From Arcicella sp. (GTDB lineage: Bacteria; Bacteroidota; Bacteroidia; Cytophagales; Spirosomataceae), in assembly GCA_014376355.1 (NCBI GenBank), contig JACMRQ010000441.1, positions 15,875 to 79,874 on the forward strand: a DNA stretch of 64,000 nt, written 5' to 3'. This document shows positions 10,822 through 21,768 of the stretch, piece by piece (position 1 is the stretch's first letter; each line of letters starts with the position of its first letter). Position numbers and translations under genes: made by a program. The notes beneath the pieces were generated by a model. That model was given only the letters and a program-made list of their open reading frames with translations. It was not told the origin of the DNA and ran no database searches.

Positions 10822-12983
10822 TAATAAAAAACAGTTGGCTTAATTAAAACAGATAGTTTCTTTTTAGAGGTTTCTCGCCTTCTAGAGCTAAAAAGCCACT
10901 TAATAATCGGGATTCTTGCCAATAAAGGCACTCCGGTTCCCGAATCATTTTTAACGGATTCTTCCAGTCCACCCAATACGATTAAGTCTTGATCTTTCAC
11001 TCTGATGATAGAGGTAAATTCTCTTGAATTAATACCCGGAGGCGCATTTTTATCAATTTTCTGGGTATTAAAACTCGATTGAATCACTTTAATATCCATT
11101 GTAATTTCTCCATTCCCAGATACTAACGGCATAATGGTCACAGACAATTCTGCATCAATGGGCTGATAGTTCCTAATTTCAGAGGCTTGTGGTATCTGTG
11201 AACCATAAAACGCTTGATTGGTTACCACATAATAAGTCGTCTCTCCGATTGATAAATAGGCTTTGTGTCCATTAAGTGTCGACAATCTAGGAGAAGAACG
11301 AACTTTCAAATTGCCATTCGCCTCCATTGCTTTCAAACTTAAATAGAAATTAGGTACCACACTACCAATATTCAACGAACCAAAACCATCAAAACCATTG
11401 ATAATTTGATTAATGGTTTTCGCTCCTAAATTAATATCCAAATTCGGAAAAACAGTACCTGTTGTAGTTACAGGCTTATCCCCTATTCCCGCCTGAATCC
11501 CAGTTTCTATGGTGTTATTTCTATTTACTTCCAAAAGCATCACTTCAATTAAAACAACAGGAACAGCCTTGTCAATATATTGAATAAAGGATTCAAATTT
11601 TTCAATATTACTTGCTGGCCCATTCACTATAAAGCTATTGAGCTCTTTGTCAATCTTAATATCCAAATCTTTCTTAATTTCATCTGGGACAATGCTCAAA
11701 ATCGATGCATTACTTGTCGTCGAAGTACCTCCAGCATTATTGCTGTTTTGATTATTATTCAAATTCAACCTAGAATCTTGAGAATTCGTATTACTATAAT
11801 TAATTACATTGCTAGTGTTATTATTCAATCGACCAGAACTAATCCCATTTTTACTAGGATCGCTCAAAATTTCTATCGAACGATGCATGAGCGGAATCGA
11901 TTTGATATTTCGCACTACCAATTGACTTTCGGTACCGAAATAATAAATCGACCCGCTTTTCATATAAGTGTAATTTTCTCCACCTGTAGTTGAAGAAGTA
12001 TCCGAACTACCGGAAAATCCGCTCGAGTTAGTTACATTGGCAACAGATTTACCATCAACTTTAGAATCAAAAAGTTTGTTTAAAAGCGTATCGAATGTAA
12101 TACTTTTCGCTTTCATAGTAGCGTTACCGGCATTCTCCAACGGACTCGAAATAAAAATATCAATATCTAACTCATGGCCAATATCATAGATAATATTTGC
12201 AATCGAAGTATTCTCAAAATCTACGTCTAGTAGCTTCTTCTCAGCGTCAATAACAGTAAAGAAAAAATTCGATTTTCTCGAACGTAAAGGCTTATTTTGT
12301 CTAACTGCAGCTCCATTCTTATCCGAATTCGTTACTAAGGAGCCGTCACCATCTAATGATTCAAACAAATAAAAATTATCTCGAGATTTTGTAACCATGA
12401 GATTGTTAGAAAAGGCAAGCTTGTTCAATGCGACATCAAAAGGCATGCTTTTAATATAAGAAGTCAAAAGCCTATTTTCCAATCCGGGTGCAAAAGCAAT
12501 ATTCTTACCACTTTCGTCCATAATCCTTTTGAAAGAATCGTACAGTTTGTCTTCTTTTAAATTCAACGAAAGTAAATCGCCTGAGACATCATAACCTACC
12601 TCAATAACTTTATCGAACTTTTTTTCAACCGGCTTCTCAAACGATTTTACCGCTAAAATATTTCCGGTAAATTCAATAGTCAAATTGTATTCTTTACACA
12701 AGAAAAGCAACAAATCTGTAACTGTAACATTACTAAAATTATTGACGATGTTAATTTGTGCTAAATTAGGTGCCACGCTAATATTCAGCTTATGAACTTC
12801 AGAAACAGCCAACAAAAAACTACTAAGGGGCGCTTCCTTTATTTTTATATTGACCTTCTCAGACAGCCCAATCGCATCTGCATTAATGGCCTCAATGTTA
12901 TTTCTAATTTTCTCCAAGCGCATATCCTGCGAAAAAGAAACCTGAAACAACAAGAACAAAAGTAAGGAGGGTATAAATTTCAT
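10821..12983 (-). CDS. gspD: Type II secretion secretin GspD/PilQ family
   Basis: Signal peptide; SSPRLSTLNGHKA and LIVLGGL...GVPLLARIPIIKWLF secretin motifs. Confidence 0.93.
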   Translation of the reverse strand: MKFIPSLLLFLLFQVSFSQDMRLEKIRNNIEAINADAIGLSEKVNIKIKEAPLSSFLLAVSEVHKLNISVAPNLAQINIVNNFSNVTVTDLLLFLCKEYNLTIEFTGNILAVKSFEKPVEKKFDKVIEVGYDVSGDLLSLNLKEDKLYDSFKRIMDESGKNIAFAPGLENRLLTSYIKSMPFDVALNKLAFSNNLMVTKSRDNFYLFESLDGDGSLVTNSDKNGAAVRQNKPLRSRKSNFFFTVIDAEKKLLDVDFENTSIANIIYDIGHELDIDIFISSPLENAGNATMKAKSITFDTLLNKLFDSKVDGKSVANVTNSSGFSGSSDTSSTTGGENYTYMKSGSIYYFGTESQLVVRNIKSIPLMHRSIEILSDPSKNGISSGRLNNNTSNVINYSNTNSQDSRLNLNNNQNSNNAGGTSTTSNASILSIVPDEIKKDLDIKIDKELNSFIVNGPASNIEKFESFIQYIDKAVPVVLIEVMLLEVNRNNTIETGIQAGIGDKPVTTTGTVFPNLDINLGAKTINQIINGFDGFGSLNIGSVVPNFYLSLKAMEANGNLKVRSSPRLSTLNGHKAYLSIGETTYYVVTNQAFYGSQIPQASEIRNYQPIDAELSVTIMPLVSGNGEITMDIKVIQSSFNTQKIDKNAPPGINSREFTSIIRVKDQDLIVLGGLEESVKNDSGTGVPLLARIPIIKWLFSSRRRETSKKKLSVLIKPTVFY

Positions 12984-13021
12984 TTAACGAGTGTGATTAA
13001 AGCAGTAAATATAATTGATTA

Positions 13022-14425
13022 TTACATTAGTAATGAAAAAACTTCATCGACAGATGTCGTCCCATCTTGCACCAACGAAATTGCATTTTGTTTCAACGTG
13101 TGAATTTCTTTTTCTTCTACATAATCATCAATGCTCAATTGATTGTTTTTTATTAATAACGATAATGAACTATCCACAGGCAATATTTCATAAATCGCTT
13201 TACGCCCTGAATAGCCTGTATGATAACAATGGTCACAACCTACCGCTAAAAAATGATGAGTCAATGATTCTGGAATATAAAATCCTGTCGGAAAAACAGT
13301 TGCATCAATAAGCCGTTTCGATTTGCAATGGGTACACAACTTCCTAACCAATCGTTGTGCAACACTGATATTAAGTGTGCTGGCAATCAAAAAAGAAGGT
13401 ATTCCCATATCGATCAAGCGTGAAACCGTTGCCCAGGCAGAATTCGTGTGAATAGTAGATAACACCAAATGACCTGTCAATGCAGCACGAATGGCCATAT
13501 TTGCAGTATTCACATCGCGAATTTCCCCTACCATAATAATATCAGGGTCTTGGCGCAAAAAAGTTCGCAAAGTGGTGGCAAAATCCAATCCTATATTTTC
13601 CTTGAGTTGTACTTGATTGATACCCTCAAGTGTATACTCAATTGGGTCTTCAATCGTTAGTATATTAGTATTCGAAATATTCAATTTCTTCAACGTCGCA
13701 TACAAAGTAGTTGTTTTACCCGAGCCTGTCGGACCAGAAATCAATACGATGCCGTTAGGTTTCTTTACACTTTCCAGATACGTTTTTAGTTCATTGTCAG
13801 TAAAACCAAGCGACCTCAAATCAATATGGCTGGTATCTTTACTCAAAATACGCAACACTACTTTTTCTCCATGCAGAATCGGAAGCACAGAAACACGAAT
13901 ATCAAAATCTTCATAATCAGTAACTACCGTTATACGACCATCTTGTGGAAGTCTTTTTTCGGAAATATCAAGTTGCGCGCGAATCTTAATTTTATTGACA
14001 ATGATGGGATACTCGTCAGTACTAATATGAAATTGTTCTTTCAGTTTTCCATCCAATCGAAAACGGACTCTTGCTTTCATTTCATACGGTTCAAAATGAA
14101 TATCACTACTGCCTATTTCTTTGGCATTAAGCAATATTTTTTCAAGAAAATCATTCGAATAATGAATGTGTGAAACTGCATTTGAAACCGACTTTCTATA
14201 ATTGGTAGTAAGATATCGATTGATATTTTCAGTACTTTCCTCTTCCAGCAAAATCGGTAACCCCAGTAACACATGCAATTCAGACAATAAGGAATCTCTA
14301 TTACTAGCATCCGTTTTAAATACTATAGCGTCAGCATTTTTCCTAATCGGGATGATTCTATAGTTATAAGCTTGTTCAGATTTGACAAGTTGTTGTATTT
14401 CAATAGGAATAGTAAAATCAATCAT
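13022..14425 (-). CDS. gspE: GspE/PilB assembly ATPase
   Basis: SDIHFEP, LDISEKRLPQDGR, GPTGSGKTT, LRQDPDIIMVGEIRD, TGHLVLSTIH and CxxC pairs. Confidence 0.95.
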   Translation of the reverse strand: MIDFTIPIEIQQLVKSEQAYNYRIIPIRKNADAIVFKTDASNRDSLLSELHVLLGLPILLEEESTENINRYLTTNYRKSVSNAVSHIHYSNDFLEKILLNAKEIGSSDIHFEPYEMKARVRFRLDGKLKEQFHISTDEYPIIVNKIKIRAQLDISEKRLPQDGRITVVTDYEDFDIRVSVLPILHGEKVVLRILSKDTSHIDLRSLGFTDNELKTYLESVKKPNGIVLISGPTGSGKTTTLYATLKKLNISNTNILTIEDPIEYTLEGINQVQLKENIGLDFATTLRTFLRQDPDIIMVGEIRDVNTANMAIRAALTGHLVLSTIHTNSAWATVSRLIDMGIPSFLIASTLNISVAQRLVRKLCTHCKSKRLIDATVFPTGFYIPESLTHHFLAVGCDHCYHTGYSGRKAIYEILPVDSSLSLLIKNNQLSIDDYVEEKEIHTLKQNAISLVQDGTTSVDEVFSLLM

Positions 14426-14911
14426 CTAATAAGCATATAAAAAAGTGCTATCGCAAATAAAACTTATAACATAAATAACTCCAAAAAACAAGGACAGGTA
14501 TCCCGCCAAAGGTACAGATTCGCCTTTATCGCTTTTTTTAAAAATCAAATGTAGCACCAAAGAAAAAAACAATCCAAATACAAAAAGTATCAAAAAAGAA
14601 ACCGTTGAAAAACTAAAACAAATCGTCATAAAAAACAAAACATCTCCCAAACCAAAAACCTCCTTTAGAAAATCTTGCTTCAATTTCAACTTGGAGTAGC
14701 CGTAGCAAGTTATCAATATAAATCCGACAAAAAGTAGATTCAAAGAGCTATTGATTAAAGAGCCTGTTAATGTATGATGCGAAATTTGAATCCAAAAACA
14801 CAACAATCCAATCAAGGGATATAAAAACCAATACACCAATCGCAATTGAAAATCCTGAACAAATACAATCAAAAATGTTAGCACTAATAACAATTGGACG
14901 ATCCACATCAA
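14426..14911 (-). CDS. Prepilin peptidase-like A24 protease, short form
   Basis: Multi-TM; QD near the N-terminus, GLGD and VPLAGY motifs; no N-terminal Cys-rich domain. Confidence 0.75.
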   Translation of the reverse strand: MMWIVQLLLVLTFLIVFVQDFQLRLVYWFLYPLIGLLCFWIQISHHTLTGSLINSSLNLLFVGFILITCYGYSKLKLKQDFLKEVFGLGDVLFFMTICFSFSTVSFLILFVFGLFFSLVLHLIFKKSDKGESVPLAGYLSLFFGVIYVISFICDSTFLYAY

Positions 14912-15306
14912 TCATTAGTTATTTGCTTCGGCACCCCATTCTGATCTATCTCCCAAACATTAAAGATACCATTCCCATTAAAATCGGTTTGTGCCGTAGC
15001 CCTAGCCTTAAATGAAATGGTTCCAGATTGAATGATTTCATAAGTATAGTATGAATTCCCTTGTTCTTTGATACTTTTTGGTGTTTCAAAATCTATTTCC
15101 TTAAAGTCACTACTATACTTAGAGTACATAAAGTAATATTGCTTCTCCGCATTATAAATAGCTTTTAATTGGGTTTGTGCTTCAACACTTTTCGCTTTTG
15201 TAATCAGCGGCATTAAGTTAGGTAGAGCAATCAAAAGTAAAATTCCTATAATGGCTAATACGATTAACATCTCTTGCAGGTTGAAGGAGGGGATTTTTTT
15301 GTTCAT
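14908..15306 (-). CDS. Major (pseudo)pilin, type IV pilin family
   Basis: Class III signal PS|FNLQEMLIVLAIIGILLLIALP. Confidence 0.88.
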   Translation of the reverse strand: MNKKIPSFNLQEMLIVLAIIGILLLIALPNLMPLITKAKSVEAQTQLKAIYNAEKQYYFMYSKYSSDFKEIDFETPKSIKEQGNSYYTYEIIQSGTISFKARATAQTDFNGNGIFNVWEIDQNGVPKQITND

Positions 15307-15343
15307 TTTGAATTACGTTACTTTAAATAAAATGATTAAATCG

Positions 15344-15351
15344 CAAACTTA
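15344..15351 (-). promoter_or_regulatory. -7 promoter element for the pilin/secretin operon
   Basis: TAAGTTTG on the minus strand, about 40 nt before the pilin ATG. Confidence 0.55.
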
Positions 15352-15622
15352 GATAAAAAATATGTTAATAACACAGAATTGTAACCCCCTTTTTAATTAA
15401 GTTTTCCAATTCGCTTTTTTACCCAATTTTGGGAGCGAAACAGAATGACTATTTTTTAATTGCAGACATCGTACTGAATCTGCTTTTTTGCCCGCTAAAC
15501 TTGTTCAACACTTACTGTAATTTATAAACTTTTCCGCTTTTGCGTACGAAATCTAAAATTTTGCTTTTTTAAATTCGTTCACATAGTATTTAACCTCAAC
15601 GAAATTATTATGAACCCCGGTT

Positions 15623-15766
15623 TACAACGAAGAAGTAATGCAACAATCAAAACTAGTTTCAACATTCTTAGAACCTTTTATAATTCTGATTGTGGGAGTT
15701 ATTATTGGTGTTTTATTGGTCGCAATGTAGTTGCCGATTTTTAAATTGAGTAATGTGAGCGTATAG
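15623..15766 (+). pseudogene. 3' remnant of a second gspF/pilC
   Basis: Translates YNEEVMQQSKLVSTFLEPFIILIVGVIIGVLLVAM*LPIFKLSNVSV*, colinear with the C-terminus of GspF at 29922-31058; internal TAG at 15728-15730. Confidence 0.85.
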
Positions 15767-15906
15767 TTGGCTTTACCCAACCTAAATATCTCACAGTATA
15801 CAATTTAAATTTTTTAAATTATATAACATCGTACTATAGCTTATACTAGCTAATACTCAATCGAAAACTATTAAAATAAAGTTATTAACATATTTTTATA
15901 ATTTCT

Positions 15907-15936
15907 TTTGTAGGAATTTAGAATTATTTACTTTTG
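15907..15936 (+). promoter_or_regulatory. Bacteroidota promoter for rhs1
   Basis: TTTG (15907-15910), then 18 nt, then TACTTTTG (15929-15936). Confidence 0.6.
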
Positions 15937-16032
15937 GCTGAAAAGAACAAATTGTTAATCTAATAATTTCTTCAAATTTTTGATTACCAAAACTATTTTA
16001 AAAATGTACACTTATAATATTATATATCGCAA

Positions 16033-19000
16033 ATGAAAAAAATAGCTACATTAGCAATGATTCTCTTTACAGTAACAGTAATTAGTCAGACGCAAACTGA
16101 AAATTACATAAAAACAACAATGTTTAGAGATGCTTATCAACCTATAGTATGTAGTGATTTTACTCAATATTTAAGTCCTGAACTTTTAACCACTTCGTAT
16201 AATTATATTTTCCCACCAATTGGAACCATTTCATTAAACGATAATTTTTTAACTGCTTCAATAGGATCTTTATTTCTGAGTAATGACGTGAGATTAAACA
16301 TAACTGAAATTCCATTATCCTCATCAAATTCAACTTTACCCAATGTCCAACTTGGTCAATTTTTAACTCTTTTAACAAATACTCCAACCGGATATTTCGG
16401 TAAAATAGAGAACAATAAATTTGTTTTATACTCCCCCTTTTTTTTTAACAGCATAAATACCAGTATAAATAAAAGCATACCGAGTGGTAGTGCAATTAAT
16501 TTGAATCCCTTGTCTGTAACTAAAGTATCAGAAACAGGAGGGTTTTGTATTGCTCAGATAAGTGTAGTAAATGGTAGTGTTAACTTAGAGATGATGGGCT
16601 CCTGGGATGCTGCCGTTAATTTTGGCATTGATGATATTACCATTAATTTAAATGCTTCAATTCCTGACATAGAGCTTGGCTTTATAAAAAGTCTTGGAAT
16701 GGATACTGTCTACAAGGCCAAAATACAAAATAACCAGTTAGTTTTTTATGCTAGTCAAGTTATACCAAGTTTACCAAATAGTGCATTTTTAAATTTTTCA
16801 TCAAATATTTCTACAATAGGATTTGCTAATAAATCAGAAAAAATAACCTATTATGATGGTCTGGGCCGTCCGAAGCAAAAAGTAGCCAGTAGACAATCGC
16901 CGCTTGGGTCGAATATCATTACCCATATCGAATATGGTGCATTCGGCAGGGAAGAGAAGGAATATTTATCCTATAAAAGCAATCTTTCGGATTTGGATTT
17001 AGAACCTAACGGAAAATTCAATACCTTGAATTTTTATTCTGACACCGCTACGCCAAACAATATCGGAAACCCAAGCTTCGAATTAACCTCGAACCCTTTC
17101 AACCAAAAAGGATTTGAAAATTCTCCTTTAAACAGGGTTTTAGAACAAGGTACTCCAGGCTATGACTGGAGTATCAGCAATCCTGCAAAGCATACCGTTA
17201 AATTTGACTATCAAACCAACACCATCAATGAAGTCCGAAGATATAAAGTTGTATTTCCTAGCACGACAACTGAATCACATTCGATAGAAGTTAATGGTTA
17301 TTACCCGCCAGCGGTATTAAACAAAAAGGTCACCAAGGATGAAAACTGGACAACGGGTGACGGATTAGCCAGAACTACACAGGAATTTACCGACAAGGAG
17401 GGCAAGACGGTTTTGAAAAGGACATTCACTCACGGCGCTGTGCCGGGTACATCCATTACCCATAACACCTACTACATCTATGATATGTTTGGGAATCTGT
17501 CTTATGTCATCCCGCCTACTGCGAGTGATGCAATCGATGCGGTTTATAACACGACTGCGGTATCGCAGCGCAACTATCCATGGACAAAAATGGCCAGCGT
17601 AAATGAAGAATTGGCATCCGAATATGACAAAATTTTCAGCGAATATAAAAATGAGTTTATTGCGAATGCAGATTTAATGGCAAAATATGGAGGGCAAGGC
17701 GGTTTCTCTATAACTGTAAACAGCAATAATGAATTGGCGCTTAGTATTAATATAACAACCCTTGAAGGGATGGAACTCCGCAATGGGGAAATATTTTCGC
17801 TAAAGGATATGGGGGACTTCAAAGATGCTGAGCTGGGAAGAATTAAAGGCGAGGATTATGAATACATATTCACTATTAAAAACAATGCGTTGGTAATTGT
17901 CGGCTCCGGAGGTGTGAAGGCAATAGAAGTCACTTTTAACGGCGCCACTAAACTGGTTTACAACAAGAATTATCCGTGGTCAGCCGTAGTGGATATCGAC
18001 CCCAAGGAAGCAGCTGTTTATAACGCAGAATATGAGAAAATGGATAATGACGCAATCCTGACATCCCAGATTGAAAATCCTTATGGGGCTAGCGGCGGGT
18101 TTAACATCACAGTCAATGAAAATGATGAAGTGTCTTTAGATTTCAATATGCTGAACGCTGTTCCGCTTTCGCTGAAAAAAGGAATCGTTATTCCCTTAAA
18201 TACAGAAAGAAGGATTGCCGACATCGAACTGGGCAGAATATCAGACAGTATTTATAAATATATTATTAGCATCAAAGAAAATAGTTTATTCATTGAAGGC
18301 GATGGCAGTTTAATGAATGTCAATCTACAAAAAGCACCCATTAATGGCGGCGGCGGTGTAATCGTTGCGATACCACAAGCGGTAATAGAAGGATTATGTT
18401 ACGTATACCGTTATGACTCAAGAAATAGGCTGATTGAGAAAAGAGTCCCGGGAAAAGGCTGGGAATATACTATCTATGATAAACTTGACAGGCCGGTTCT
18501 TACACAGGATGCCAATTTAAGATTGCAGAACAAATGGCTGTTTACGAAATACGATGCATACGACAGGGTACTCTATACAGGAACTTTTGCCTTTACCAGC
18601 AGCGCAAACAATACCGATAGCAATTTAAGGATTGAAATGCAGAATACGTATAATAATTATACCTTTATCCAGCATGAACAAAAGCTTAACCCAGGGGTGA
18701 CCTATATTAGTAGCGGCATCCTGCTTAATTATTCGTGCCAGACCTACCCTCCGTTATCGGCTTCCCAATTTGAATTGTATACTATAAATTTTTACGATGA
18801 CTATTCCTATACGCCGTGGGGAAGCAGTTATCCCACTACCATGCCGGGGAATATATACACGACACCTACAACCAATACAAAATCTTTAAAGACCGGCTCA
18901 ATGGTCCGGGTGTTGGGAACAACTAACTACAAGTGGGTTACCAATGTTATGTCTTATGATGGAAAAGGGCGGTTGATTACTAGCCGTTCGTCTAATAATG

Positions 19001-21111
19001 AAATAAACACCGACGATATTGTAGAACTAAAAATAGATTTTACTGGTAAAATAATTGCGTCCACTTCAAGCCATACAAAAGGTGGTGCCGCAACCTTAGT
19101 TACCGAGGATTATTATACTTTCGACCATTCCGACAGGTTGGTGAAACACACTCAAAAGGTTGGTGCGCACGACGAAGAATTGATCGTATATAACAAATAC
19201 GATGAACTCGGAACGCTAGTTGAGAAAAAAGTCGGCGGCCTGGCTTCGAATTCACTTAACGGTTATGCAAATACGGCTGCGCTGCAAACGATCAATTACA
19301 ACCGTAACATCAGAGGCTGGATTACAGGCATCAATGATCCTATAAACAGCAACGGCAACACCAATCAGTTGTTCTCATTCAAGATCAGTTACAATACGCC
19401 TCAGTCAGCCGTCGCTCCGCTATTCAACGGGAACATTTCGGAAACCATCTGGAAGACAGCACAAGATTACCTCCAAAGAAGTTACGGCTATGAGTATGAT
19501 GCTTTAAACCGGATAAAAAACTCCTATTTTAGCGGGAATACCGGCGAAAACTACAATGAAGGCAATATTACATACGACAAAATCGGGAACATCATAACTA
19601 TGGAGCGCCGTGGCCTAGACCAAAATGGAATCATTAATACAATAGACCAACTCTCCTATTCTTATTTTCCGAGAAATAATAAATTAAAACGCGTGGGCGA
19701 TACCGCGGGAACCGCTGGTTTTAAAGACTTGGGCAATGGATCAACCGATGATTACGCTTATGACATCAACGGTAATATGACCTCCGATCTCAACAAGGAA
19801 ATTACAGAAATCAAATACAATCACCTGAACCTCCCTAGCAAAATTGTTTTTAACAATGCAGATCTTAGCTCACCAAGTCCAAAAGTGATTCAATTTTACT
19901 ATGATGCTACAGGAGTTAAAGTACAAAAAAAAATAACCACAGCCGCCGGAACCGCTATCACTCAATATGTAGGGGGGAAAGTATATCAGAACAATGCCCT
20001 TGCTTTTATAAGCAATCCGGAAGGCTATACTAGTTTTGACGGTACTAACTTTTCTTACGTCTACCAATACGTAGACCATTTAGGCAATATAAGATTAAGC
20101 TATACAGACGCTGATCATAACGGAAGCATTTCAGCAGCAACAGAAATTATCGAAGAAAACAACTACTATCCTTCGGGATTAATCCATAAAGGATATAACC
20201 CGGCATACAATGCGCTTGGAAACTATCTGGCCGATAAATATAGGTTTCAAGGACAAGAACGACAAGAGGACTTAGGACTTAACCTTGATAATTTCAACTG
20301 GAGAAATTATGATTATACGATGGGCAGATTTATTAATATCGACCCGTTGGCAGATTTACAACCCGATAAAACGCCTTACCACTTTTGCTCGAATAACCCA
20401 GTTAACCGCGTGGATCCCACGGGGATGTTCGATGGAGATAGTACCCATACAGATATGGATGGAAATGTGATCGCTGTATATGACGATGGTGATTTGGGCG
20501 TTTACAGACACGGATATAATGTAGACGGTACAACTCCTACCAGATATCAAATTGATAAGAGGCATGGAAAATCAACTTCAGCGGGTGGTGAAAAAATGGG
20601 AGAAACTGCATATTGGGATGAATTTATTGTCCCCGGCACCAATAACGCTGAAGGCACAATCCATTTTGGAAAAGATCAATGGTCTGATTGGAAACCTTTA
20701 ATTGATTGGGGTAACAATTATGCCAATAATCAAGATTTAACATTGACAAGGAATGATTCAAAGCATAATGGTAAATTGGATATTAAAACTAACTGGACTG
20801 GTTGGGCGGAAGACGGGCCAATGACAGGTAGGTTACTGAATGGCAAATTTGCTACTGCACGTTCCGCTGGAAATTACCTTGCCGGTATGAATGGGGTAAC
20901 GGGTACTTTACAAGGACAACATATAAGTGGTACAACGTATATGAAGTTGGCGGGTGCTTATCAAGCAGGAGAACTAAACGATGCGAATATTATCAGAATT
21001 TTAACATATGGCGCATCTTTTGGACCGGCTCCTTATTACGGTGAAGAAGATTATTCTGGAAGAAGGATCTTAGAAGGTATTAATGCAGGAAATGTAAAAC
21101 TAAAACGATAA
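16033..21111 (+). CDS. Rhs1: DUF6443/RHS-core polymorphic toxin with signal peptide; Ntox44-like tip
   Basis: Sec signal, YYDGLGRP, YD repeats, DHLGNIR, PVNRVDPTG cleavage motif. The tip from 20425 has GNYLAG...AGAYQ...PYYGE. Confidence 0.9.
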   Translation: MKKIATLAMILFTVTVISQTQTENYIKTTMFRDAYQPIVCSDFTQYLSPELLTTSYNYIFPPIGTISLNDNFLTASIGSLFLSNDVRLNITEIPLSSSNSTLPNVQLGQFLTLLTNTPTGYFGKIENNKFVLYSPFFFNSINTSINKSIPSGSAINLNPLSVTKVSETGGFCIAQISVVNGSVNLEMMGSWDAAVNFGIDDITINLNASIPDIELGFIKSLGMDTVYKAKIQNNQLVFYASQVIPSLPNSAFLNFSSNISTIGFANKSEKITYYDGLGRPKQKVASRQSPLGSNIITHIEYGAFGREEKEYLSYKSNLSDLDLEPNGKFNTLNFYSDTATPNNIGNPSFELTSNPFNQKGFENSPLNRVLEQGTPGYDWSISNPAKHTVKFDYQTNTINEVRRYKVVFPSTTTESHSIEVNGYYPPAVLNKKVTKDENWTTGDGLARTTQEFTDKEGKTVLKRTFTHGAVPGTSITHNTYYIYDMFGNLSYVIPPTASDAIDAVYNTTAVSQRNYPWTKMASVNEELASEYDKIFSEYKNEFIANADLMAKYGGQGGFSITVNSNNELALSINITTLEGMELRNGEIFSLKDMGDFKDAELGRIKGEDYEYIFTIKNNALVIVGSGGVKAIEVTFNGATKLVYNKNYPWSAVVDIDPKEAAVYNAEYEKMDNDAILTSQIENPYGASGGFNITVNENDEVSLDFNMLNAVPLSLKKGIVIPLNTERRIADIELGRISDSIYKYIISIKENSLFIEGDGSLMNVNLQKAPINGGGGVIVAIPQAVIEGLCYVYRYDSRNRLIEKRVPGKGWEYTIYDKLDRPVLTQDANLRLQNKWLFTKYDAYDRVLYTGTFAFTSSANNTDSNLRIEMQNTYNNYTFIQHEQKLNPGVTYISSGILLNYSCQTYPPLSASQFELYTINFYDDYSYTPWGSSYPTTMPGNIYTTPTTNTKSLKTGSMVRVLGTTNYKWVTNVMSYDGKGRLITSRSSNNEINTDDIVELKIDFTGKIIASTSSHTKGGAATLVTEDYYTFDHSDRLVKHTQKVGAHDEELIVYNKYDELGTLVEKKVGGLASNSLNGYANTAALQTINYNRNIRGWITGINDPINSNGNTNQLFSFKISYNTPQSAVAPLFNGNISETIWKTAQDYLQRSYGYEYDALNRIKNSYFSGNTGENYNEGNITYDKIGNIITMERRGLDQNGIINTIDQLSYSYFPRNNKLKRVGDTAGTAGFKDLGNGSTDDYAYDINGNMTSDLNKEITEIKYNHLNLPSKIVFNNADLSSPSPKVIQFYYDATGVKVQKKITTAAGTAITQYVGGKVYQNNALAFISNPEGYTSFDGTNFSYVYQYVDHLGNIRLSYTDADHNGSISAATEIIEENNYYPSGLIHKGYNPAYNALGNYLADKYRFQGQERQEDLGLNLDNFNWRNYDYTMGRFINIDPLADLQPDKTPYHFCSNNPVNRVDPTGMFDGDSTHTDMDGNVIAVYDDGDLGVYRHGYNVDGTTPTRYQIDKRHGKSTSAGGEKMGETAYWDEFIVPGTNNAEGTIHFGKDQWSDWKPLIDWGNNYANNQDLTLTRNDSKHNGKLDIKTNWTGWAEDGPMTGRLLNGKFATARSAGNYLAGMNGVTGTLQGQHISGTTYMKLAGAYQAGELNDANIIRILTYGASFGPAPYYGEEDYSGRRILEGINAGNVKLKR

Positions 21112-21120
21112 AAATACAAA

Positions 21121-21570
21121 ATGAAATATACGCTAATCTTTTTGGTGTTTCTAGGTTGTTCTTCAAATGTGAAAGACACCTTTAATTCTGTTGAGTTAAC
21201 ATCAAGTAAAGGAGAAAAATTATACGTGAATTCTTTAAATTGGGGAGTTACAGATGATCATCAAATTACTGCAATATCAAGCCGCAAGGATAGAGTTAGA
21301 GAACGTACTGACACTCTTGGGGTAGCAAAAGGATTGGAACCCTTTCTTTACAGTTTTAACAATGACACACTTAGGCTGTTTTTTAACAATAGTAAAACAT
21401 ATGAAATAAAAGAAAAGTTTAAAACTATAACTGTAAAATACCTCGTTTTAAACGCCAAGAACTACAAGAATCTCAGGCAAAAAGCATATGACAATAATGG
21501 TTACTATGCGATCCCAAAGAGAGAAAATGTAGATTATCCCGCTGATATGCCAATCGGCCAAAAAAAATGA
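21121..21570 (+). CDS. Putative cognate immunity lipoprotein of Rhs1
   Basis: Starts 9 nt after the toxin stop; lipobox FLGC. Confidence 0.7.
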   Translation: MKYTLIFLVFLGCSSNVKDTFNSVELTSSKGEKLYVNSLNWGVTDDHQITAISSRKDRVRERTDTLGVAKGLEPFLYSFNNDTLRLFFNNSKTYEIKEKFKTITVKYLVLNAKNYKNLRQKAYDNNGYYAIPKRENVDYPADMPIGQKK

Positions 21571-21768
21571 CACTATACTTATTACGCAGAAGAGGTCGGC
21601 TTTTTCAGAGATAACAATAGTAATGCCTTATGAAAGCTATGATTTCCCTCACTAAGGAATGATTATTCAGGAATTTTTACTCATGGGTGCCCGATGATTG
21701 TCGGGGTAGGCACGGGTTACGGCTTTATTTCATACGGCAATAATCCAAAGGTTCCGGTTAAAAAATAA
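21571..21768 (+). pseudogene. Probable eroded orphan toxin tip
   Basis: Frame ...RNDYSGIFTHGCPMIVGVGTGYGFISYGNNPKVPVKK* stops at 21768, directly before the next ATG; upstream part is disrupted. Confidence 0.4.

Noticed and set aside
9476-15015. Plus-strand ORFs over the secretion operon
   Set aside because: Antisense to well-supported genes.
15610-15744. ORF beginning MNPGLQRRS
   Set aside because: An alternative frame of the gspF remnant.
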